64,000 bases of DNA. Origin: Thermoproteota archaeon (GTDB lineage Archaea; Korarchaeota; Korarchaeia; Korarchaeales; Korarchaeaceae). The DNA lies in NCBI GenBank assembly GCA_030130125.1, contig JARZZM010000001.1, forward strand, positions 6,004-70,003, in the 5' to 3' direction. The first letter of the stretch is position 1, and each line of letters starts with the position of its first letter. Below are positions 47,885 to 57,369 of this stretch, one piece after another. A program made the translations under genes and the position numbers. The notes below the pieces were generated by a model. It made no database searches and had not been told where the DNA came from. It saw only the letters and a program-made list of their open reading frames with translations.

Positions 47885-49165
47885 TCATCGTTCAGCTCTT
47901 CGGCTGACCTCCTCCAACGACTTTTCGATTATGGAGAGGGCCTCCTCCACCTGTTCAGCCGTTATCGTTATCGGTGGCGTCAGCTTGATCACATTGTGAT
48001 GCCTGCCCACGGTTATGGCCAGCAAGCCGTTTCTGAAGAGGGCGTCCTTCAGCTCAGACGCTAATCTCTTCGAGGGCCTCCCACCCTCCAGTATCTCAAT
48101 TCCCTGCACGCATCCGATCCCCCGGGCATCGGCTACATGATCGTATCTGCTGACGAACTCCCTCAACCCTCTCATCATCTCTTCTCCTCTTCTCAGGGCA
48201 TTTTCCAAGAGATTTTCCTCTCTGATCGCCTCTATAGTCGCTAAGGCGGCCAAAACTCCCAAGTAGTGGCCAGCGTATGTGCCGAGGCTGCCGCCGCTAC
48301 ACAGATACCACTCCTCCACGAGATCGCCCCTGAAGGCAATAGCCGCTAGGGGAAGACCACCTGCTATTCCCTTGCCCATGACCACGATGTCGGGCTCCAC
48401 TCCGTGATGCTCTATCCCGAACCACCTACCCGTCCTTCCGAAACCCGTGTAGACCTCGTCGACTATGAGTAGAGCGCCTGTCCTCTCCGCAATCCCCCTG
48501 AGACCCCTGAAGAAGCTGGAGGGTGGGAATAGTATACCCCCATGAGACTGGAGCGGTTCCACTATGATCCCAGCCAAGTCCTCGGGTTCCACGGCCCTAC
48601 CGAGGACCTCCTCCTCTATGAAGTTCAGTACGGCATGAGAGCACTCCTCGCAGTTATCAGCCTTTAGAGGACATCTGAAACAGTTAGGGTAGGGCGCATA
48701 CACAGCTTCAGAGGTCCGAGGTGCGACCCGCCTCATCCCCTCCGTGGGAGAGGATTGCAGAGCATATCCAGTGAGCCCGTGATAGGCACCGTAAAAGGAG
48801 AGGATGACCTGCCTTCCGGTGACGAACTTGGCCAGCTGAATAGCGAAATCACTCGCCTCGCTTCCAGTGGTGGCATACGCTATGGAAGCATTCTCGACGG
48901 GAACGAGAGACCTGAGTTCCTCCCCGAGCTCCAAGAAAGGCTCGTTCGGGGCCAGTAAACCTGAGAAACCCGTTATCTTCCCCACCCCCTCCTTCACTTT
49001 CGACACTACTTTGGGGTGGGCTTGACCGAGGGAGGTAGCTGCCCCGCTGAAATCCAAGAACCTCCTCCCTTCTCTCGTCCATATTTCCGCCTTAAACCCT
49101 CTTTCGACGACGATTGGAAAGGAGGGAGGGCACTTGAATACCCTCGGGTAGAAATCTTCCAGCAT
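47885..49165 (-). CDS. Class III PLP enzyme (GabT-like aminotransferase or amino-acid racemase)
   Basis: AYHGLT, EPLQSHGG, DEVYTGFGRTG, MGKGIAGGLPL. Confidence 0.8.
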   Translation of the reverse strand: MLEDFYPRVFKCPPSFPIVVERGFKAEIWTREGRRFLDFSGAATSLGQAHPKVVSKVKEGVGKITGFSGLLAPNEPFLELGEELRSLVPVENASIAYATTGSEASDFAIQLAKFVTGRQVILSFYGAYHGLTGYALQSSPTEGMRRVAPRTSEAVYAPYPNCFRCPLKADNCEECSHAVLNFIEEEVLGRAVEPEDLAGIIVEPLQSHGGILFPPSSFFRGLRGIAERTGALLIVDEVYTGFGRTGRWFGIEHHGVEPDIVVMGKGIAGGLPLAAIAFRGDLVEEWYLCSGGSLGTYAGHYLGVLAALATIEAIREENLLENALRRGEEMMRGLREFVSRYDHVADARGIGCVQGIEILEGGRPSKRLASELKDALFRNGLLAITVGRHHNVIKLTPPITITAEQVEEALSIIEKSLEEVSRRAER

Positions 49166-49205
49166 AAGGATACGCGATCCTCATTCCTAAATACCTTGAA
49201 GGGAT

Positions 49206-49832
49206 TCAGCCTCCGGCCATGTAGATGGCCTCCTCAGCTATCTGGACCGCGTGGTCCGCCATCCTCTCGAGGTATCTGAGGATGAGTGTCATGGCCACAG
49301 CGCAAGCTGGGACCTTCTCAACACCAGTCAGGACTCTTTCTCTCAGGTAAGACTCGTAGGCCCCATCCACCTTGTCATCCATCTCCATAACCTTCTTGGC
49401 CAACTCTATATCCCTAGTCTCCACCGCCTTCAGGGCCTCCTTCACCATGGTCTCAGTTATCTCAGCTGGCTCAACCACGAGTTGGATGTCGCATTGGCTC
49501 ATGTCCCTGAACAGGACTAGGGTCTGGGCTATGTTCCTAGCGTACCTGCCAAGCCTGACCAGCCCGTAACTTATCTCCATGAGGGATATGAGGGTTCTCA
49601 GGTCCGACGCCATAGGCTGGAACCTGGCTAGGATCTCACTTATCTTGATTCTTAACTGTCCGTGGGTGAAGGACAGGATCTGGGCTCCCCTATCAACCTC
49701 CTCCAAGACGGTAGTAGGATCTGCTCTGCCTAGGAAGGCCTCGACGCACTTCTTGGTTAGTGAGAGGGATAACTCGCTCGACTTGACGACCTCGGAGAAG
49801 GCGGATTTTATCTCGGCATCCAGTAACGCCAT
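49206..49832 (-). CDS. phoU: PhoU-family helical regulator (ATG 49832 preferred)
   Basis: ARFQPMASDLR, MDDKVD, RYLERMADHAVQIAE. Confidence 0.88.
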   Translation of the reverse strand: MALLDAEIKSAFSEVVKSSELSLSLTKKCVEAFLGRADPTTVLEEVDRGAQILSFTHGQLRIKISEILARFQPMASDLRTLISLMEISYGLVRLGRYARNIAQTLVLFRDMSQCDIQLVVEPAEITETMVKEALKAVETRDIELAKKVMEMDDKVDGAYESYLRERVLTGVEKVPACAVAMTLILRYLERMADHAVQIAEEAIYMAGG

Positions 49833-49905
49833 TTTCACATATCCCTTGGACGAACTTACCCGCCCGATTTTATTATGTTTCCGCATGCTCAGGTAGGGGA
49901 TCGAT

Positions 49906-50241
49906 ATGAGCGAGGAGGGATCTTCTGGCTTAGTATTTGTGGCCTTCATGTTCATAGGAATGGGCGTAGGTTATCTGCTCGGGAACATAGCTGCCGGGCT
50001 CTTCGTGGGGATGGGGGTGGGGTTCTTGGCCATGGCCTACCTCAAACCTAGGGAGAAGGGGATGGACCTGAGGAAGGAGCCTTGGGGCTCGGTGGCACTT
50101 ACTTTGGTGGGCTTGGGCTTCATCTTGGGTGGGGCATCGCTGCTTCTGGGCTTCGAGATACCTTGGGATAAGTTGGGAGGGATGTTCCTCATACTGATGG
50201 GGTTGGCCTTCCTGGCCATGGCTCTGGGAAGGAGGGGTTAG
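49906..50241 (+). CDS. Small Gly-rich four-TM membrane protein
   Basis: Two hydrophobic hairpins joined by a basic linker. Confidence 0.7.
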   Translation: MSEEGSSGLVFVAFMFIGMGVGYLLGNIAAGLFVGMGVGFLAMAYLKPREKGMDLRKEPWGSVALTLVGLGFILGGASLLLGFEIPWDKLGGMFLILMGLAFLAMALGRRG

Positions 50242-50243
50242 AG

Positions 50244-51398
50244 CTAGCCGAATATGGCCCTACCGAAGCTTTCCCTCTCCCTCAGTAGCCTGTATCTGCC
50301 GCCCTCAAGGGCGACGACCGCTGGTAACGGTCTGAGGTTGTATCTGCTGGCCATGGAGAACCCGTAGGCCCCGACATCGGCAATTACCACGAGGTCCCCC
50401 TCCCTGACTCTCGGCAGGTCGTACTCGCCGAAGAAGTCCGCTGACTCGCAGACAGGACCGGCGATCAGCACTTTCTCCTCAGGACCCTCGGACTCCACCA
50501 GAATCCTATGTTTGGCTCCATAGAGCGCGGGCCTGAGGAGGTCGTTCATTCCAGCATCCAGCAAAACCCACTTTCTCCCACCTATCTCCTTTACGTAGTT
50601 CACCCTAGCAACGAGATAACCCGCGTCTCCAACTATGTACCTGCCGGATTCCACGAATATGTGAACCCCTAACTCCCTAGACGCCTCACACACGATTTCA
50701 GCGTACTCTCCTAGGGGGAACTCTCCCGACCCTTCATAGGATATGCCCAAACCGCCTCCCAGATCAAGCACCTCCACCCCACCGAACTGCTCAACTAGGG
50801 ATCGGAGCACATCCAACGCGTTGATAAAGGGTTCAACGCTCATTATCTGACTCCCCACGTGTGTGTGAAACCCCCTCGTATTCATATCACCTCTCAAGGA
50901 CCTGAGGAGTGAGAGGGCCCTTTCAGGGGGGAGACCGAACTTCGTTCCTGGCCCCGCCGTCACGAGGCTCGGATGAGCCCCAGCTCCCAGTCCGGGGTTC
51001 ACCCTCACCATGACATCCACTCCTCCCACATCTCTAAGGGTTCTAGCCTCGGATTCGCTCTCGAGTGAGACGGTGGCTCCATAGCTAGCCGCTTCCGCGA
51101 GGTCCTGCCTTGAGGGGCTCGGACCCACGAGTACCACCTTCTCAGGGGGGACACCAGCCCATCTGGCGAGCATCACGCCGTAACCGGAGGGAACGGTGGC
51201 TCCAGAACCTAAGGAGGAGAGCATCCTCACGAGCTCCGGCTCGTGATTGGCCTTGTATGCGTATGCAATCGTATGGGGGCATTTCAGAGCGTCATTCAAC
51301 CTCAGGAAATTCTCTCTAATCCTGTCCATGTCTAGCAGGTAAATGGGGGTCCCGAACTCCTCCACCACATCTCTAACATCGATCCCGGATACTCTCAA
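50244..51398 (-). CDS. lysA: Diaminopimelate decarboxylase (fold type III PLP)
   Basis: YAYKAN, HTHVGSQI, DLGGGLG, ESGRYIV, DAGMNDLLRPALYG, GPVCESAD, GAYGFSMASRYN. Confidence 0.85.
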   Translation of the reverse strand: MRVSGIDVRDVVEEFGTPIYLLDMDRIRENFLRLNDALKCPHTIAYAYKANHEPELVRMLSSLGSGATVPSGYGVMLARWAGVPPEKVVLVGPSPSRQDLAEAASYGATVSLESESEARTLRDVGGVDVMVRVNPGLGAGAHPSLVTAGPGTKFGLPPERALSLLRSLRGDMNTRGFHTHVGSQIMSVEPFINALDVLRSLVEQFGGVEVLDLGGGLGISYEGSGEFPLGEYAEIVCEASRELGVHIFVESGRYIVGDAGYLVARVNYVKEIGGRKWVLLDAGMNDLLRPALYGAKHRILVESEGPEEKVLIAGPVCESADFFGEYDLPRVREGDLVVIADVGAYGFSMASRYNLRPLPAVVALEGGRYRLLRERESFGRAIFG

Positions 51399-51490
51399 GG
51401 GCTCACCCTACGGCACAGAAACGTACCTGTACCCGTTAATTATCCTGATCCGTCGACACGCCTCGTCCACACCGACACTTCACCCTTTAT

Positions 51491-52090
51491 ATGTTGGTGG
51501 GGAACCCCTCCCCCGGTGGTCCATTGAGACTCAACGTCAAGGTCATAGCACCAGTGATCATGGCCGCCATCATGCTTATCGGAGTGATCAGCATGAGCTC
51601 CCCACCCTCCCCCTTGGGGGGTGAGGAGTGGCCCCTCCCCCCAGCAGACACGCCTCTCGAGAACATAACCTCCAACATGAACATCTCCAATTTCGTCTTC
51701 TTCGGGGGTCAGCCCGTAGCGAGCTTGGGAACTGGGTTGGACTTCCCGCTGGGGAGCACGGCCTTCTACTACGTTGGAGCTTACAAGAACAATACCTTCG
51801 TGGCATTCGTTGTGGCCAAACTTCCAGATCCGCAGTACTCGGTTCAGTTTGGCGGAAGGGCCCTGAACTCCCTGAAGGAGAACCTCCCTGAGGAGAATGT
51901 GAGGTACTTGGTTACCAACGAGGGAGGCTTCTTGCAGTACCAAGGCACCAATCAGACCCTAGTGCTGTGGTACGGTCACTCTTGGTACTTCGAGATCATG
52001 GCGGGAAAGGGAGGGGACTTGGGGAGGGAAGCAGTTCAGGCGATTAAGAGGGCCATCTACGAGGCTATACAGAAGGTTCAGAGGGCCTGA
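51491..52090 (+). CDS. Hypothetical secreted/surface protein
   Basis: N-terminal hydrophobic segment, Pro-rich linker, N-glycosylation sequons (NIT, NIS, NNT, NQT). Confidence 0.6.
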   Translation: MLVGNPSPGGPLRLNVKVIAPVIMAAIMLIGVISMSSPPSPLGGEEWPLPPADTPLENITSNMNISNFVFFGGQPVASLGTGLDFPLGSTAFYYVGAYKNNTFVAFVVAKLPDPQYSVQFGGRALNSLKENLPEENVRYLVTNEGGFLQYQGTNQTLVLWYGHSWYFEIMAGKGGDLGREAVQAIKRAIYEAIQKVQRA

Positions 52091-53199
52091 ACCTTACCTC
52101 CCTCCTCGAAAACTGCCTTCAGCTTGAGCTTCTCCTCCTTCACCTTGAGATTACCCAACCCGGGCCCATCCGGCACTGTCCTGTACCCGTCCTCGTAACC
52201 GGCTCCACCCTCGACGAAGTCCTCCTTGAGCGATATGTCGGAGTCCAGATCCGTCGTTACCAAGTTCCTCGTGGCCGCAGCGAAGTGGACTCCAGCGGTT
52301 ATACTGACCCCTCCCTCCATCATGCACCCTATCATGTTGGGTATACCTGCCGCCTCGCTTATCGCAGCTATCCTCCTAGCCTTGAGGAGGCCTCCCGCCT
52401 TCGTCAGCTTTATGTTGATGTAGTCGGCGGCTCCCATCTCCACAACTTCGAGCGCGTCCTCAGGGGTGTGCACGGACTCGTCAGCCATTATCGGGATTGG
52501 GCTCATACTTGTGAGAACGGCCATGCCCTCGAGGTCATCCCACCTAACGGGCTGCTCCGCCAGCTCCAAGTCGTACCTGTCCATCTCGGTGAGGGCCCTC
52601 ATGGCCTCTTTGACGGTCCATCCCTGATTAGCGTCTATCCTCAGCCTTATGTCCTTCCCCACAGCGTCCCTCACCGCCCTGACCCTGGCCACATCCTCCT
52701 CCACTCCGGTTCCCACCTTGAGCTTGATGACCCTGAACCCCCTCTCAACTATCCTCAGAGCCTCCTCGGCCATCTCCTCCGGGCTCTTTATCCCTATGGT
52801 GAAGTCCGTCTCGACCCTGTCCCTGTACCCGCCCAGCAGGTCCCTCACCGTGACTCCGAGGATCTTCCCCTTGAGATCGAAGACAGCCGTTTCTAGGGCG
52901 AATTTCGCTGAATTGTTACCCAAGATTGCCTTGTCCATCTTCTCCTCTATTCTCTCGACATCCATTGGGTCCTCCCCTATCACCGCCGGGGCTAGGGTGT
53001 GCATGGCAGCTACTATGGTGTGCTCGCTCTCACCGATTATCCTCCTCGCTGGTGAGGCCTCGCCCCACCCAACTCTGCCCTCATCATCGAGTACCTTTAC
53101 AACTACATCCGTGCTGCTCGTGGAAGTGCCCAGCGAGATGGTAAACGGCTGTAAGTAGGGAAGATCGACGGTATAGACCTCTATCCTCTTGATGGACAT
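52078..53199 (-). CDS. Dipeptide epimerase (enolase superfamily, L-Ala-D/L-Glu epimerase-like)
   Basis: KLKVG (KxK), DANQ, EQP, DES, NIKLTKAGG, GCMME and terminal DLD motif. Confidence 0.85.
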   Translation of the reverse strand: MSIKRIEVYTVDLPYLQPFTISLGTSTSSTDVVVKVLDDEGRVGWGEASPARRIIGESEHTIVAAMHTLAPAVIGEDPMDVERIEEKMDKAILGNNSAKFALETAVFDLKGKILGVTVRDLLGGYRDRVETDFTIGIKSPEEMAEEALRIVERGFRVIKLKVGTGVEEDVARVRAVRDAVGKDIRLRIDANQGWTVKEAMRALTEMDRYDLELAEQPVRWDDLEGMAVLTSMSPIPIMADESVHTPEDALEVVEMGAADYINIKLTKAGGLLKARRIAAISEAAGIPNMIGCMMEGGVSITAGVHFAAATRNLVTTDLDSDISLKEDFVEGGAGYEDGYRTVPDGPGLGNLKVKEEKLKLKAVFEEGGKVQAL

Positions 53200-53296
53200 G
53201 AGACCCCCTGAGGAATCACGCTCGTTAGGGATAAAGTTACCCGCTCCGTCAACTTTCCCGTAGGAGAACCTTTAATCCCGCGAACTTCCCGATTCA

Positions 53297-54385
53297 TTGA
53301 TGGCCAAGAAGTGTCCCGATGATAATCCGTATCATGTGGTGGCCGAGCTTCAAGAGCCTCTAGGAGATGGAAGGGTTAGGTGCCTGGCCTGCCCAAGGAA
53401 GTGCATAATCCCACCGGGAATGTACGGCCTGTGCAAGACAAAGCTCAATGTGGACGGTACGCTCTGCGAGGTGAACTACTCTAAGGTCAGCAGCGTGGCC
53501 ATGGATCCCATAGAGAAGAAGCCCTTCTTCCACTTCATGCCGGGCAGCTATGCCTACAGCATAGGCACGGTGGGCTGCAATCTCTTCTGCGAACACTGTC
53601 AGAACTGGGTGATAAGCCAGTCAGATCCCGAGAGCTTCCGCTACCTCAGAGACCTGCCCCCAGAGGAGGCTGTCAGGGAAGCTGTGGAGCTTGGAGCATC
53701 AAGCATAGCCTTCACCTACAACGAGCCCACCATAGTGAGCATGGAATGGGTCGTCGACGCGGCCAAGCTGGCCAAGGACTTCGGTCTCGCAACTCTCAGC
53801 GTGACCAACGGTTACTGGAGTGAGGAGGCTAGGGAGAGGTTAATCCCCCTGATAGATGCCGCCAATGTGGATGTCAAGGCATTCACCGACGACTTCTACA
53901 GGAAGGTGACCAAGGCCCCGTTCCTGAAGCCCGTCTTGGACACTGTACTCGCTCTTAAGAGGGCTGGAAAGCATGTTGAGGTGACTTACCTCATAATACC
54001 CACCCTAAATGATGGGGAGGAGGAGATCAGGGCCTTCACTAGGTGGATAGTTCAGGAGGTCGGAGACGACACTCCTGTTCACTTCTCACGTTTCTACCCG
54101 CATTTCAGGATGAAGAACCTACCCCCGACCCCGATCGAGACCATAAAGAGAGCTATCAGGATAGCTAGGGATGAGGGTGTTAAATTCGTTTACTCAGGGA
54201 ATGTCCCGGGCGATCCAGACGAGAACACCTATTGTCCAAGGTGCGGCACTCTACTGATAAGAAGATACGGATTTACCATAGAAAAGTGCAATCTTTCTGA
54301 GAACTCGAGGTGCCCTGAATGCGGCGAATCCATACCCATAGTGGGTCCTTGCACCGAATCCGGGGGCTGGCTCGGTTACTTATGA
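53297..54385 (+). CDS. AmmeMemoRadiSam-system radical SAM enzyme (PflA-like)
   Basis: C.ACPRKC, DPIEKKP..HF.PG, GCNLFCEHCQNW.ISQ, FTYNEP, C-terminal CPRC/CPEC. Confidence 0.85.
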   Translation: MMAKKCPDDNPYHVVAELQEPLGDGRVRCLACPRKCIIPPGMYGLCKTKLNVDGTLCEVNYSKVSSVAMDPIEKKPFFHFMPGSYAYSIGTVGCNLFCEHCQNWVISQSDPESFRYLRDLPPEEAVREAVELGASSIAFTYNEPTIVSMEWVVDAAKLAKDFGLATLSVTNGYWSEEARERLIPLIDAANVDVKAFTDDFYRKVTKAPFLKPVLDTVLALKRAGKHVEVTYLIIPTLNDGEEEIRAFTRWIVQEVGDDTPVHFSRFYPHFRMKNLPPTPIETIKRAIRIARDEGVKFVYSGNVPGDPDENTYCPRCGTLLIRRYGFTIEKCNLSENSRCPECGESIPIVGPCTESGGWLGYL

Positions 54386-54405
54386 TCGGTTGATCATTTT
54401 GCCAG

Positions 54406-56376
54406 TTGACACGGGTTTCACCGAAAGCCTTTTTAAGCAATACCCTTAATGTCCGGCGGCCGGTGAGATCCTTGGAGACAATCGTGGAGGCCGGCGTCGA
54501 TATATTGGGGAAGATCCCTTGGAAGGACGCGCCTTTTGAGGAGAAGGTACAGGCTCTGAACGAGATGTGGAAGGAAGGAGAGCAGATTAAAAAGCTACTA
54601 GAGGAGAGCACTGATCTAGAGGAGGCAAGGAAGAAAATCTATGACTACTTGGCATCGCTCGAATGGGAGCTCAGGGTAGGCAGGATAAAGCTTCATAGGA
54701 TCGATTACTGGCTTGCATTGGAGGCCATAAAGAACTTCAGGAACATAATCTCACCAGAGAATGAGAAGATAGCCACCTTCAGCACCTTGGAGTATCTGTG
54801 GCGGCTAGCGAAGGAAGGAGAGAGGCTCCTCGACAGGGTAAGCATGGGCTTCATCCTCGAGTTCAAGTACCTTTTCAAGGCCATCCACGGGAACTCTAAC
54901 TACGCCAAGGGATGGATCCACGATCTCTTGGGCGAGGAGAAGGCCAGGATAGTCCACGAGTTCCTGAGGATAGGCGGAAGGGAGGGCGCCATCCTCAGGT
55001 CTGAGTACCTCGATGAAGTGGCCAAGCTGGTGAAGCAGTATTTTGGCAGGTTCACCTTCGGCCTAGATCCCAAAGTCATAGAGAAGAGGGAGCAGAACAT
55101 CCAGAAGATCCTCGACTACTTCGGAGCCACTAGAGACGACTGGATGGACTACAAGTGGCACTTCAAACATGTGTTCAAGAGGCTGGAGCATGTGGACATG
55201 CTGAAGGAACTGGTTCCCCTGACAGAGGAGGACGTCGAGAACATAAAGATGGCCATAGAGAACAGGATACCCTTCGGCATCACCCCATACTACCTGCACC
55301 TCTTCGACTTCGAGAGGGCCGACAGGAAGTGGGATCCCCAGGTCAGGGCTCAGGTGATCCCGCCAAGGTGGTACCTCGAAGAGATGATCAAGCACAGGCA
55401 GGACAGGAACTACGTATTCGACTTCATGAAGGAGCACGATACCTCCCCGCTGGAGCTCGTTACTAGGAGGTATCCGATGATAGCCATATTGAAGGTGGCC
55501 GACACGTGTCCGCAGATATGCGTCTACTGCCAGAGGAACTGGGAGATAGAGGAGGCCTTCAGTCCGGTGGGCATACCGCCGAAGGCCCTAATAGACAAGG
55601 CCATAGAGTGGTTCGCCAACCATGAGTCCATGATGGATGTGCTCCTCACCGGCGGCGATCCGGCTGTCCTAAACGACAAGTATATGGAGTACATAATGAG
55701 CCGCCTCGCCGAGATCGACCATATAAAGAGCATAAGAGTAGGGAGCAGGATAGTAGTCACCGTCCCCATGAGGATAACCAAAGAATATGCTGAGATGCTG
55801 AGCAGCTTCATAGAACCCAACAAGAGGAACGTGATGTTCGTCACCCACGTGGAGAGCGCAGAGGAGGTCACCCCGTACATGGCTCAAGCCGTGAAGACCC
55901 TAAGAGACCACGACATCTACGTGTACAACCAGCAGGTATACCAGTTCGCCACATCTAGGAGGTTCCAGTATGTCCTCACTAGGATAGCCCTCAAGATAAT
56001 AGGTATAGATCCGTACTACAACTTCTATCCGAAGGGCAAGTTCGAGCAGAGGGACTTCCTCGTTCCCGTCGCGAGGTTAGCTCAGGAGAGGAAGGAGGAG
56101 GCTAGGCTCCTGCCCGGTCAGTACAGGACCGACGAACCGGTGTTTAACGTCCCTGCTCTTGGAAAGAACCACATAAGGGCTTGGCAGGATCGTGAACTCA
56201 TAGCCATAATGCCGGAGACTGGAAGCAGGATATATGTGTGGCATCCGTGGGAGAAGGGCATAGCTCCGGTTGATCCTTGGCCCTACGTGGATGTCCCCAT
56301 CTACGACTACCTGATGAGGCTTAAGGAGGTCGGGGAGGACATAAAGGAGTACGAGAGCATCTGGTACTACTACTGA
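54406..56376 (+). CDS. Long-form KamA-family radical SAM aminomutase-like protein; start uncertain
   Basis: IPFGITPYY, VTRRYP, CPQICVYCQRNW, DVLLTGGD, IRVGSR..V..P.R, GIDPYY. Confidence 0.82.
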   Translation: MTRVSPKAFLSNTLNVRRPVRSLETIVEAGVDILGKIPWKDAPFEEKVQALNEMWKEGEQIKKLLEESTDLEEARKKIYDYLASLEWELRVGRIKLHRIDYWLALEAIKNFRNIISPENEKIATFSTLEYLWRLAKEGERLLDRVSMGFILEFKYLFKAIHGNSNYAKGWIHDLLGEEKARIVHEFLRIGGREGAILRSEYLDEVAKLVKQYFGRFTFGLDPKVIEKREQNIQKILDYFGATRDDWMDYKWHFKHVFKRLEHVDMLKELVPLTEEDVENIKMAIENRIPFGITPYYLHLFDFERADRKWDPQVRAQVIPPRWYLEEMIKHRQDRNYVFDFMKEHDTSPLELVTRRYPMIAILKVADTCPQICVYCQRNWEIEEAFSPVGIPPKALIDKAIEWFANHESMMDVLLTGGDPAVLNDKYMEYIMSRLAEIDHIKSIRVGSRIVVTVPMRITKEYAEMLSSFIEPNKRNVMFVTHVESAEEVTPYMAQAVKTLRDHDIYVYNQQVYQFATSRRFQYVLTRIALKIIGIDPYYNFYPKGKFEQRDFLVPVARLAQERKEEARLLPGQYRTDEPVFNVPALGKNHIRAWQDRELIAIMPETGSRIYVWHPWEKGIAPVDPWPYVDVPIYDYLMRLKEVGEDIKEYESIWYYY

Positions 56377-56406
56377 TCCTCCCCCTCCCTATTTTCCCTA
56401 ACATTT

Positions 56407-57369
56407 TTGATGGAATCGCCTCAGGCTAGTGGTATGAGGAAAATCCTAGCCATAGCTCTCATCTCATTATTTCTGACTCCCCTCGCGCACACCTTAGCGC
56501 AACCCATAGCGATAGCCGAGCTACCCGTAGGATCCAAGCTTACATACAAGTTGGGAGGAGTTTACGTCGGTAACAAGACCTACGAGGTCTTGGACTGGTC
56601 TTCCTCCCAGGGCAGGAGATGTAAACTGGTCAAAGTTAGTCTCTCCGTTAACGCCTCCGGAAGCTTCTTCTACAGGGGGATAAACTCCACTTCCGAGTTC
56701 TGCTACGACGAGAGGGGAAGACCCCTGGAAGAGGTCCTGTACATCCCACAGGAATTCAACTCGTCCTACACGAGGGTCGAGATAACCTATTGGTGGGAGG
56801 ACGAAGAGGTATTTCCTCACAGATCTTTGATAAGTCTGATAGGTGAGAAAAGGGAGAACTATGATGTGCTTCTCAGTGAGGGACTCGTGATCAAGGAATC
56901 AGGTGGAAAGACTGAGAAGTTCAGGGTGAGCAGCAAGAATCTCTCGAAGGTACTGCCTTTTGTTCCCGAGAGGCTAACGGAACCATACGTCGACCTGTCA
57001 TCCATCAGGCTGAAGGAGGGTTACGCGAGGAGGTACGGAGACTTCGAGGTGAAGGTGCTCTCCCTGGAGAATGTTCAGACTCCAGCTGGTCTGTTCCCTT
57101 GTTATAAGGTGCTTCTCTCCGGTTGGACCGAGGACGGCCTTCCATATAACTCGACAGTTTACGTCACAGTGAAAGAACCCAGATTCACCACCTACTATAT
57201 TACCAACATAATTGGGATAAAGCAAACTGGATACGTGGTTGAGGTCAATATCCCCGAGCAGGGGTTGAATCAGTGGATAATCTATCTCGTAATGGTACTG
57301 GTGTTCGCGGTACTCGCGTTCTCACTCAAAAAGAGGAGGAAGGCGGGAGAGAAACGAGTTACTTCTTAG
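56407..57369 (+). CDS. Secreted protein with a C-terminal membrane anchor (beta-rich, TPAG.F motif)
   Basis: Signal peptide, VQTPAGLFPCYKV, several sequons, C-terminal TM plus KKRRK. Confidence 0.65.
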   Translation: MMESPQASGMRKILAIALISLFLTPLAHTLAQPIAIAELPVGSKLTYKLGGVYVGNKTYEVLDWSSSQGRRCKLVKVSLSVNASGSFFYRGINSTSEFCYDERGRPLEEVLYIPQEFNSSYTRVEITYWWEDEEVFPHRSLISLIGEKRENYDVLLSEGLVIKESGGKTEKFRVSSKNLSKVLPFVPERLTEPYVDLSSIRLKEGYARRYGDFEVKVLSLENVQTPAGLFPCYKVLLSGWTEDGLPYNSTVYVTVKEPRFTTYYITNIIGIKQTGYVVEVNIPEQGLNQWIIYLVMVLVFAVLAFSLKKRRKAGEKRVTS

